This document shows positions 10,625 to 18,702 of a stretch of 64,000 nucleotides of DNA, one piece after another. Positions within the stretch are counted from its first letter, which is position 1. The number at the start of each line of letters is the position of its first letter. The notes under the pieces are model-generated. The model was given only the letters and a program-made list of their open reading frames with translations. It searched no databases and had not been told where the DNA came from. The stretch lies in the NCBI GenBank assembly GCA_963786145.1, contig CAWAYB010000002.1, positions 226,268 through 290,267 of the forward strand, in the 5' to 3' direction. The stretch is from an uncultured Chloroflexia bacterium. GTDB lineage: Bacteria > Chloroflexota > Anaerolineae > Promineifilales > Promineifilaceae. Made by a program: the position numbers and the translations under genes.

Positions 10625-11798
10625 TTTCCAGGTGTTCCTCGTAGGTGCGGCCAAATTTGTGGCGTCCCGGCGGCTCAGACTGGCAATCCAGCACGAAAAA
10701 CAGGTAATCCGTCTGCTCCGGTTGTGCCGCGGCCTGCAGCGATGCGATTCCCGGACTGGCAATCGGCCCTGGCGGCAGGGCGGGAATCATATAGGTGTTG
10801 TAAGGATGGTCAATTCGCAGATCATTCAGCGACAGAGGCGCCTTCCACCAGATGTCTCGATCCGCTTGATATCCGATAGCATACTGCACCGTGGGGTCCG
10901 CCTGCAGCGGTATGCCCGCCTGGACGCGGTTAACATACACGCTGGCGATCCGCGGCCGTTCCTCATCGGTGAATGTCTCGCGCTGCACAACCGAGGCAAT
11001 AGTGACGGCTTCATGCAGCGAAAGGCCAAGCGCGCCATATGCTTGCCGCATGGCCGGCGTTACCTGCCGATCGAAGTTTTGCAGCATCTGATCCAGCAGT
11101 TCCGCAGCGGTTTCATTCGCCGCAATCGTATACGTATCCGGAAACAGATACCCCTCCAACGATACTCCATCAGGCAGCGAATTCAGAAATGGATAGCGGC
11201 TTAAATCAAACGGCCGTTGACGGCGTGTCAGGGCTAGAAACTCATCCGCATCGATACGCCCCGGCTGGACTGCCTGCAAATAGGCTGCGACTTCCTCCAG
11301 GCGCATACCCTCCAGGAAACGCAGGGCCACATCTTGCGCCGAACCTTCAGTGATCGTGTCAGCCAGGATGGGGACCGTCATGCTTCCGTCCAGTGTGAAC
11401 CGCCCGGCCTGCAGCCGCGAATCAAGTCCATGGTAGCGCAGATAATTGACGAACAACTCCTTGTTCTGCAGTAGCCCTGCCGCCTCCAGCTCGCCCACCG
11501 TTTGGTTGGCCGTGGCTCCAGGCGCAATCTCAAAGGCCACCTCGCCCGCCGCGCCGATCGGCTGCTGTAACTCCGCGCGATGCGCGATGAGATAGTTCTG
11601 CAATAGCAGCCGTCTCACCGGATTCAAGTCGGGGTTCGCCGCCCCAAGGTCGATGCCGCTCTGCTCAATCGATGCCTGCCACCGGCCCCCCAGGACTGCC
11701 AGCGCCCCGAACAACACGCCTACCAGTAGCAGCAGGAATAGCATCGTGCGCCAACAGCCCCGCCCTCCGCGCCCGGATGACCTACTCATCGAACTCAT
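10605..11798 (-). CDS. mltG: Endolytic murein transglycosylase MltG (YceG-like)
   Basis: N-terminal TM followed by YceG signatures (ASVVQRET, LQADPTVQYA, YNTYMIPALPPGPIASPG). Start position uncertain (M23/M26 of ORF 10605..11864). Confidence 0.85.
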   Translation of the reverse strand: MSSMSRSSGRGGRGCWRTMLFLLLLVGVLFGALAVLGGRWQASIEQSGIDLGAANPDLNPVRRLLLQNYLIAHRAELQQPIGAAGEVAFEIAPGATANQTVGELEAAGLLQNKELFVNYLRYHGLDSRLQAGRFTLDGSMTVPILADTITEGSAQDVALRFLEGMRLEEVAAYLQAVQPGRIDADEFLALTRRQRPFDLSRYPFLNSLPDGVSLEGYLFPDTYTIAANETAAELLDQMLQNFDRQVTPAMRQAYGALGLSLHEAVTIASVVQRETFTDEERPRIASVYVNRVQAGIPLQADPTVQYAIGYQADRDIWWKAPLSLNDLRIDHPYNTYMIPALPPGPIASPGIASLQAAAQPEQTDYLFFVLDCQSEPPGRHKFGRTYEEHLENVARCR

Positions 11799-12234
11799 CC
11801 CCCTGTTCAATGGCGCGCTGCATATCCAGAAACTCCTGCAAAAACACGGCCGCGGCAACCGCATCTACTTGGTCGCGCATGCGCCTCCCCTGTCGCCCCC
11901 GCTCGAATAGGCTGGCTTCCGCCTGCTTCGTGGAAAAGCTCTCATCCCAGAAGACTATGGGGATGGAGATATGTTCCTGCAATTCGGCCGTATAATCTCG
12001 CACCCACGCTGCACGTTCGCCCTCAATGCCATGCAGCGGAATCGGCAGCCCCATCACCAACAGGGTAATATCCTGTTCTTCGATCAGACGCCCGTATCGC
12101 TCGTAATCCTCGCGGCGCGACTTGCGCTGCATCACGGAATGGGCGGCGGCGATCAGCCGCGTCGTATCGCTGATAGCCAAACCGATGCGCTTCTCGCCCA
12201 GATCAATCGCCAGGACCTTCCCCTTTGTTTCCAT
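11782..12234 (-). CDS. ruvX: Putative pre-16S rRNA nuclease / Holliday-junction-resolvase-like YqgF
   Basis: N-terminus METKGKVLAIDLGEKRIGLAISD and C-terminal DQVDAVAAAVFLQEFLD are typical of the YqgF/RuvX family. Confidence 0.85.
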   Translation of the reverse strand: METKGKVLAIDLGEKRIGLAISDTTRLIAAAHSVMQRKSRREDYERYGRLIEEQDITLLVMGLPIPLHGIEGERAAWVRDYTAELQEHISIPIVFWDESFSTKQAEASLFERGRQGRRMRDQVDAVAAAVFLQEFLDMQRAIEQGDEFDE

Positions 12235-12321
12235 AACGTCGATAGGATAGCAAAAAAGGGTCATTTTGACCCTTCATTTGCCACACGATCCCTGTGCCCT
12301 CAGGTGCACCTAAGCTGCGCT

Positions 12322-15024
12322 TCAGGCTTTCTCCTGCATCACCGCCGCTTCAATCAGACCGGGTACGCTTCCCAGTGCCTGCGGCAGCTTTTCCGCATCC
12401 CGACCGCCCGCCTGGGCCAGGTTCGGCCGTCCCCCACCGCCGCCGCCGACAACACGCGCCACCTCGCGCACGAGATCGCCTGCCTTAACGCCTAGACTGA
12501 TCGCATCATCCGTCACCGCGGCAATGATTAACGGCTTGCCCTCGCTCACTGTCGCCAGCACCACTGCGCCCGAAGATACCTTGTCGCGGAACCAATCCGC
12601 CATCTCGCGCAGGATATCCACTCCGGCAACATCAACCTGCGCCACCAGCAGGTTAACGCCCGCGACTTGCTGTACCTGATCTAGCAACGTACCGAACTGG
12701 ATACGTGCCAGCTTGCGCTGCAGGTGCGCCTGTTCCTTCAACAGCGCTTTCTGCTCGCTCAGCAGCCCCTCCAGGCGCGCGACAGCCTCCCCGGCCGGAG
12801 AGTTCAGCATGTGCAGCAGCTCATCCAGCAGTTCCAGCCGCTGGCTCACAAGCGCCTGCGCCGCCGCTCCCGTAACCGCTTCGATCCGCCGCGTTCCTGC
12901 CGCCACCGCGCCTTCGCTGACCAACACAAATTGGCCGATATCATTGGTCTCCGAAACGTGCAGCCCGCCGCATAGTTCATAACTATATGCCTGTGGTCCG
13001 CTTTCTTCACCCACGCTGACCGTGCGCACGATCTCACCGTACTTCTCACCAAACAGGGCCATCGCCCCCTGGCTGATTGCTTCCTTCTGGCCCATGAAAT
13101 TGATCTTCACCGGCAAGTTCTGGGTGATTACATGGTTGATATCTGCCTCAATCGCCGCCAGGGTTGTGTCGTCCACAGCTTCGCCATGCAGAAAGTCAAA
13201 TCGCAAGCGATCCGGCGCCACCAGCGATCCCGCCTGCTGGACATGCGGACCGAGGTGCGCACGCAGCTCCTTATGCAGCAGGTGCGTTGCCGTGTGGTTG
13301 CGCCGAATGTTCCCCCGCCGCACATCATCAACCTCCAACACAACCTCATCTCCCAACGTCAAGCTGCCGGACAACATCTCGCCTCGATGTACTACTATGC
13401 CAGGCACAGGTTTGTGGGCGTCTAAGACTTGGAACACGGCCGTACCATCCGCCAGCAAGATCTGCCCCGTATCGCTCACCTCGCCACCCGCCTCCACATA
13501 AAATGGCGTCGCCGCCGTGATCAGTTCACCTTGTTCCCCGGGCCCAAGCTGCGAAACCAGCTCCCCTTCCTGCACCAAGCCCACCACCTCTGCGACCAGG
13601 CTCGCTCCTGTATAAGGATCGTACTCCACTCCGTCACCCAGCTGTCCGCTGGAGACTAATTCGCTCAGCAGCCCCGCGTACACCGAATCCTCGGTATCAT
13701 ACTTGCCAAAAGCGCCGGAGCCGCTCGCCAGCGCGTGCGCAGCCCGTGCTTCGTTATATCCCTGCACATCGATCGTCAACCCACGGCCATGGATCAGATC
13801 GCGCGTGATCTCCAACGGTAGCCCGTACGTCGCATAGAGCGAAAATGCCGTCTCCCCCGAGATCTCGGTTTCGCCACGCTCGCGCAAATCTTCATACACT
13901 TCCAGCAGCTGCACAATTGCCCTGTCCAGCGTGCGCGCAAAACGTGTCTCTTCCTGGGTCAAGGTGCGCAGGATATGCTCTCGGCGTTGGCGCAGTTCAG
14001 GGTAGACCTCACCCATCTCGTCGATATACACCTCCGCTATTTCGGCCAGGAATGGCTTCTGGAAGCCGATTTGGCGGCCGAAGCGGGCCGCGCGGCGGAT
14101 CAACATGCGCAAGACATAGCCCGCGCCAGTGCTGCCGGGCCGTACGCCGTCACCCAACAGAAAAGTAGCTGCACGGCCGTGATCCGCAATCACGCGGTAG
14201 CCGACATAATTCTCTTCTCGCTCCTCGTCCGTGTCCCCCAGCAGTTCCTGCACTCGATCTAGCGCGGGCAAGAATAGGTCCGTTTCATAGTTGGTTTCCA
14301 CGCCCTGCATGATCCGCGCCAATCGTTCGAAACCCATGCCCGTGTCCACCGATGGCTTGGGTAGCGGGGTCAGGCTGCCGTCCGCTTCGCGATTGAATTG
14401 CATGAACACTAGGTTCCAAAACTCGAGGAACTCCTCATCGTCATCCGCATTCAGACGTGCCGGGTCGCAGCTCTGCATGTCGCCAATATAATAGAAAATC
14501 TCTGAATTCGGGCCGCACGGTCCCGTCTCGCCCATTTCCCAGAAATTGTCCTTCTTGCCAAAGCGCAAGACCTTCTCCGCCGGCAAATACTTCTGCCACA
14601 GTTCGAACGAGTCATCATCATCCGTATAAATGGTGGCCCACAAACGGTCCGGTTCCAGCTCCAATACGCCGGTCACGAACTGCCAGGCGAGGTCAATGGC
14701 GCCTTCTTTAAAATAGTCGCCAAAGGAAAAATTACCCAGCATTTCAAAAAACGTGTGGTGGCGCGGCGACGGCCCTACGTTTTCCAGGTCATTATGTTTG
14801 CCGGTCACACGCATACATTTCTGCGACGTCGTCGCGCGAGAATACGGCCGTTTCTCTTTCCCCAGGAACACATCCGCAAACTGGTTCATACCCGCGTTGG
14901 TAAAGAGCAGTGTAGGGTTGTCGTGCAGCGGCAGCGGCGCGCTGTCCACAATCTCATGCCTATGCTCCTCAAAGAACTCCAGAAACGCCCGCCGCAGTTC
15001 ACTACTTGTCGTTGGTTTCATCAT
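12322..15024 (-). CDS. alaS: Alanine--tRNA ligase
   Basis: 900-aa ORF with a class II AlaRS N-terminus (FLEFFEEHRHEIV...FTNAGMNQF), the editing-domain HxxxH motif (HTATHLLH) and a C-terminal DHHA1-like GGGGGRPNLAQAGG. Confidence 0.95.
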   Translation of the reverse strand: MMKPTTSSELRRAFLEFFEEHRHEIVDSAPLPLHDNPTLLFTNAGMNQFADVFLGKEKRPYSRATTSQKCMRVTGKHNDLENVGPSPRHHTFFEMLGNFSFGDYFKEGAIDLAWQFVTGVLELEPDRLWATIYTDDDDSFELWQKYLPAEKVLRFGKKDNFWEMGETGPCGPNSEIFYYIGDMQSCDPARLNADDDEEFLEFWNLVFMQFNREADGSLTPLPKPSVDTGMGFERLARIMQGVETNYETDLFLPALDRVQELLGDTDEEREENYVGYRVIADHGRAATFLLGDGVRPGSTGAGYVLRMLIRRAARFGRQIGFQKPFLAEIAEVYIDEMGEVYPELRQRREHILRTLTQEETRFARTLDRAIVQLLEVYEDLRERGETEISGETAFSLYATYGLPLEITRDLIHGRGLTIDVQGYNEARAAHALASGSGAFGKYDTEDSVYAGLLSELVSSGQLGDGVEYDPYTGASLVAEVVGLVQEGELVSQLGPGEQGELITAATPFYVEAGGEVSDTGQILLADGTAVFQVLDAHKPVPGIVVHRGEMLSGSLTLGDEVVLEVDDVRRGNIRRNHTATHLLHKELRAHLGPHVQQAGSLVAPDRLRFDFLHGEAVDDTTLAAIEADINHVITQNLPVKINFMGQKEAISQGAMALFGEKYGEIVRTVSVGEESGPQAYSYELCGGLHVSETNDIGQFVLVSEGAVAAGTRRIEAVTGAAAQALVSQRLELLDELLHMLNSPAGEAVARLEGLLSEQKALLKEQAHLQRKLARIQFGTLLDQVQQVAGVNLLVAQVDVAGVDILREMADWFRDKVSSGAVVLATVSEGKPLIIAAVTDDAISLGVKAGDLVREVARVVGGGGGGRPNLAQAGGRDAEKLPQALGSVPGLIEAAVMQEKA

Positions 15025-15256
15025 TTCACTCCACGATAGATCCGTACGATTCTATCCTAGCAACCAAAAACCGCCAGACTGGTTCCCCTGTCTGGCGGTC
15101 GTTCAAGCCTCTTGCTTTTCGGTGCAAATCAGGCAGCGCAACACTCCAGACCATAGGTCCGGGCTGCAGCGGCGGCAGCGAACATGCCCTTCATAATACT
15201 CGTGACTTGCCTCATCATCGCGCACAAATGGTAACAAACACGGTGCTGGGTGTCAA
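15025..15256 (-). promoter_or_regulatory. alaS 5' leader: candidate promoter plus ~200-nt leader ending in an intrinsic terminator (attenuator, possibly T-box-like)
   Basis: On the minus strand: TTGACA (15256-15251), a 17-nt spacer, then TACCAT (15233-15228). The leader contains GATGATGAGG and GAGTA elements and ends in the terminator at 15098-15066. Confidence 0.35.
15066..15098 (-). terminator. Intrinsic terminator-like hairpin 42-74 nt upstream of the alaS start
   Basis: Perfect 9-bp stem CCGCCAGAC/GTCTGGCGG (15071-15079 / 15090-15098) with a 10-nt loop. It is followed on the minus strand by TTTTT (15070-15066). Confidence 0.55.
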
Positions 15257-15266
15257 CCTGCCGCGC

Positions 15267-16536
15267 ATTGCCGCAATAAAAATGTTACCGAAGACAAAGT
15301 GGTTGTCTCAAAATAGATGTTACCTTCGTCGCCATGATGAAGGAACCGAAAATGAGTCAACAAAGCAAACGGGAATTGGTCGAACGCATACGGCACCGCT
15401 ACCTGCAGGGGAGCCGGGCGGAGAAGACAAGGATTTTGGATGAATTCGTTGCTGTTACCGGGCTACATCGCAAATCAGCCCTACGTACGCTGCGCCAAGG
15501 ATATCAGCGAGGGCGGGAGCAACGGGGTCGTCCGCGAACCTACACGGGTGCCAGCGTTGGCGCCCTAAAAACGGTCTGGCAGATCTGTGGTTGCATCTGT
15601 GGCAAGCGCCTGCAACCCTTCTTGCCAGAAGTAGTACCCATCTTGGAGCGGCATGGCGAACTACAATTGGATGCGGAGACCAAGGCGTTGTTACTACGAA
15701 TGAGCGCGGCCACGATTGACCGCAAGCTGCGACCGCATAAGGAACGCCAAGGGCGTGGCCTAAGCACAACCAAACCTGGAACATTGCTTAAGCACTCCAT
15801 TCCCATACGGACCTTCACGGAGTGGGATGATGTCAAACCTGGTTTTGTGGAGATAGACCTGGTTGCCCACTGCGGAGACACTACGGAAGGGCAGTACTTG
15901 AACACACTGACGGCGACAGATATCGCCACGGGCTGGACCGAGTGTCTTCTGCTGCGCCAACGCAGCCAATTGGCGGTTGAGGCGGCGATGGGCAGCCTGC
16001 AACAACGTCTGCCCTTTCCCCTCTTGGGTATCGATTCTGACAACGATAGTGTCTTCATCAACGGCACGCTGAACCGTTACTGTGTCACGAATCACATCAC
16101 GTTTACCCGTTCGCGGCCTTGGAAGAAGAATGACCAGGCTTGGGTGGAACAGAAAAACGGCGTTGTCGTGCGCGGCACCATCGGGTATCGGCGTTACACT
16201 TCGCCGGCTGCGGCGGCCCTGTTGCAAGGTATCCATCTCGACCTGCACGCCTATGTGAACTTCTTTCAGCCCGTTCAGAAACTGGAGGAGAAACGGCGTG
16301 ATGGCGCGAAAATCTACAAGCGTTATGATCCAGCGAAGACGCCCTACCAACGGACGATGGCCGACGACACTGTGAGTGGCCTGGGCAAGGTGCGTTTGCA
16401 ACAGCTCTACCGGCCACTCAACCCAGCTCAACTAAGGCGTCAGATTGATGACAACTTGCGGCGATTATGGCAGCTGCCAGAGTAACACTATTTATGAGGC
16501 AACGATTACCACTTGGGTAACGTTTTGTTGGCAATA
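15267..16536 (+). mobile_element. Insertion sequence (single rve/DDE transposase gene); boundaries approximate
   Basis: The transposase ORF is flanked by imperfect inverted termini. Left: ATTGCCGCAATAAAAATGTTACC...AAGTGGT (15267-). Right, reverse complement: ATTGCCAACAAAACGTTACCCAAGTGGT (-16536). No target-site duplication identified. Confidence 0.45.
15334..16485 (+). CDS. Transposase, integrase-core (rve, DDE) type with N-terminal HTH
   Basis: 383-aa ORF. It has an HTH-like N-terminus and a catalytic core resembling retroviral-integrase-fold transposases (FVEIDLVAHCG..., LGIDSDNDSVFIN..., WVEQKNG). Confidence 0.8.
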   Translation: MMKEPKMSQQSKRELVERIRHRYLQGSRAEKTRILDEFVAVTGLHRKSALRTLRQGYQRGREQRGRPRTYTGASVGALKTVWQICGCICGKRLQPFLPEVVPILERHGELQLDAETKALLLRMSAATIDRKLRPHKERQGRGLSTTKPGTLLKHSIPIRTFTEWDDVKPGFVEIDLVAHCGDTTEGQYLNTLTATDIATGWTECLLLRQRSQLAVEAAMGSLQQRLPFPLLGIDSDNDSVFINGTLNRYCVTNHITFTRSRPWKKNDQAWVEQKNGVVVRGTIGYRRYTSPAAAALLQGIHLDLHAYVNFFQPVQKLEEKRRDGAKIYKRYDPAKTPYQRTMADDTVSGLGKVRLQQLYRPLNPAQLRRQIDDNLRRLWQLPE

Positions 16537-16660
16537 CGACTGCCCTAAACTGAGTTCCGTCGCGGCAATCCTCACAGCCATCCATACTTTATGTCAACGT
16601 GAATAGATTGAATCTCCAAAAATGGATTCAATCTGTTCATCTGGCGACCTCTCCGCCTCA

Positions 16661-17614
16661 TCATTCGTCTTGAGGGTGTTGCCGGTACCAGTTTACCGTT
16701 GCCGCAATAGCTTCCGGCAGTGGAGTCGGCCTCAACCCAAACGTACCCTCAAAGTCCGAACTGTCAACGACATACGGCTTCTCAAAGGAATATGCCATTT
16801 CGACGGACTCCCTCGCCTCTGGAATGAACAAGCCTGCCAGACGCAGCATCGTCTTGCTGAGGCTGCTCACTTTCGGCGCAGTGCCCAATTCCCTGAAGAC
16901 CAGCTCCGCAAACGCACGCTTGGTAATGTCAGGCTGATCATTAGGCACATGCCAGGCGCGTCCAAAGCCCCGCTCATCCCCACCAAGGATGACCATAGCC
17001 CGGCCAAAGTCGCCGATGAAGGTGTTGGTATGCGGCAGGTCTGCATCTCCCATCACTTGCGCGGATTTACCGGCCAGCGCCGGATAGAAGAGGCGCTCGC
17101 CTACGGCCGAATCAAGCGCCCAGGGTCCAAAGAAGTCCGATCCTCGGGCGATAGTCACTGGCAGCTTGCCCGCTTGATGGGCCGCAAGGGCTTCTTCCGC
17201 CATCTGGGCGCGCACCCGCCCCTTGCGCGTCTGCGCCGCATACGGCAGGTCTTCGGAAATACGGCCGTTGACCGGACCATACATGTACAGGTTATCACCT
17301 ATCACCAGCCGCGCTCCACTGGCCGCCGTACCATTCAAGATCGCAGCCTGCATTGGCGGGAACTTCTCCGCCCACTCCGTATAACCCGGCTGGGCGCACT
17401 GGTAGACCACAGCCGCATCACTCGTCAACTCAACCACATTTGCTTCGTCGTAGGCATCACCGGCCACGATCTGGACCACGTCGGATGCCTCCGCCATATA
17501 CCCGCTCCGATTGACCATCCGCACCGCTTCCCCGCGCACCATCAACTCTTCCATGACCGATCGACCAAGCGGTCCCGTACCAAAAACAACATGAACCTTT
17601 TTCTCAATTGCCAT
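16661..17614 (-). CDS. NAD(P)-dependent epimerase/dehydratase-family (extended SDR) protein
   Basis: Rossmann motif VHVVFGTGPLGRSV near the N-terminus; ~317 aa. Start taken at MAIEKK (alternative at 17632). Confidence 0.75.
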   Translation of the reverse strand: MAIEKKVHVVFGTGPLGRSVMEELMVRGEAVRMVNRSGYMAEASDVVQIVAGDAYDEANVVELTSDAAVVYQCAQPGYTEWAEKFPPMQAAILNGTAASGARLVIGDNLYMYGPVNGRISEDLPYAAQTRKGRVRAQMAEEALAAHQAGKLPVTIARGSDFFGPWALDSAVGERLFYPALAGKSAQVMGDADLPHTNTFIGDFGRAMVILGGDERGFGRAWHVPNDQPDITKRAFAELVFRELGTAPKVSSLSKTMLRLAGLFIPEARESVEMAYSFEKPYVVDSSDFEGTFGLRPTPLPEAIAATVNWYRQHPQDE

Positions 17615-17774
17615 CACTTTTCCTTCTGCCATTCAGGCGCCACCACACCGCGACACCCAACATCGTCATCTGTCTGTCGCCTTCACAACGGCCAACACCA
17701 GCAACAATACACCCTGACACAGTGTCAGAGTCAAGCCCGAATGATTTTGCAGCTTCAAGATTGTGCGAAAGGAA

Positions 17775-18653
17775 TTAGCTTCTGTGAGTGCGTTGATAGG
17801 GTGCGTTGCTTTCGACCGGCACCAGAATTTCAAATACAACGGGGGTGCGAACATCGTCAGCGCATACTTCCATCTCACGCCCAAAAAGATGAATCTCGCG
17901 ATAAGGCCCGTTGCTCGCGAATCCATTGACGCCCAGCCAAAGAAATAGTTCACTCACTACTTCGGGGATATCCAGTATTGACCCATTGTGAACAATGCTG
18001 GCCACCTGAGAGGCCGCCGGCAGTTCCAGCTTCTCGAAGGGAGGCAGCAGGACCGTTTCCCGATATTCACCTTCGGGCAGCACAACTGCCACTGACATAT
18101 CAATATGGCGCTCATCGTAGCCCTGCAAATGATAAGCGACGACCTCCTGACCGGGGGAAAGACGCTCTATCTCGATGAGTCTATACAGTTGCTGCAGCAT
18201 CTCGCTTCGGTAAGATGGCATTTGTTCCAACGTCGGTACCACGCGCCGGACGGTAAGCAGATCCTGGCGCGGCACCTTCTTCAGGACAACATCGTAGGCA
18301 GGTGCCGGCTCAGGTCGCGCTAAACGGCGCAGATGCGCATCAATCCGCTGCAGGCGTGTCCCTTCCTCGCGCAGAGCTGCCTCGACTTCGCGCTGTTTCT
18401 TCCGCAGCATCTCCTGCAGCTGCGCCTGCGGCAGAGCCTCTTCCGTCAGCAGCGTGTTAATCTGACCCAGCGAAAGGCCGAGATCACGCAGTGCTAGAAT
18501 GCGATGCAGACGCGACAATTGCTCGATCTCATAGTAACGATAGCCACTCCACTCGTCCACATGGCCGGGCTTCAGCAGGCCAAGCTTGTCGTAGTGGCGC
18601 AGCATGCGCACAGATATCTGACCTATTTGCGAGAAATCGCCAATCTTCAACAT
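17775..18653 (-). CDS. MerR-family transcriptional regulator with C-terminal GyrI-like effector-binding domain
   Basis: Start at MLKIGDFSQIGQISVRMLRHYDKLGLL (ATG at 18653), a classic MerR HTH. Followed by a coiled coil and a ~150-aa GyrI-like C-terminal half. Confidence 0.8.
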   Translation of the reverse strand: MLKIGDFSQIGQISVRMLRHYDKLGLLKPGHVDEWSGYRYYEIEQLSRLHRILALRDLGLSLGQINTLLTEEALPQAQLQEMLRKKQREVEAALREEGTRLQRIDAHLRRLARPEPAPAYDVVLKKVPRQDLLTVRRVVPTLEQMPSYRSEMLQQLYRLIEIERLSPGQEVVAYHLQGYDERHIDMSVAVVLPEGEYRETVLLPPFEKLELPAASQVASIVHNGSILDIPEVVSELFLWLGVNGFASNGPYREIHLFGREMEVCADDVRTPVVFEILVPVESNAPYQRTHRS

Positions 18654-18702
18654 CTGGACATTGTAGCAAACAACCGAACGGCCGTGCCATGGTCGCGCGT
18701 GC

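Noticed and set aside
15267-16536. Absence of ACGGCCGT from the IS element as evidence of foreign origin
   Set aside because: At the window-wide density (~0.7 per kb) only about one copy is expected in 1.27 kb. Other native stretches of 2-4.5 kb also lack it (for example 48270-52737 and 27150-31701). The absence is therefore not statistically meaningful.
16622-17929. 435-aa plus-strand ORF covering the SDR gene region
   Set aside because: It is antisense to a well-supported Rossmann-fold SDR gene (16661..17614). Its translation is Arg/His/Cys/Ser-rich low-complexity sequence typical of a GC-rich shadow frame. I saw no RBS and no recognisable domain.
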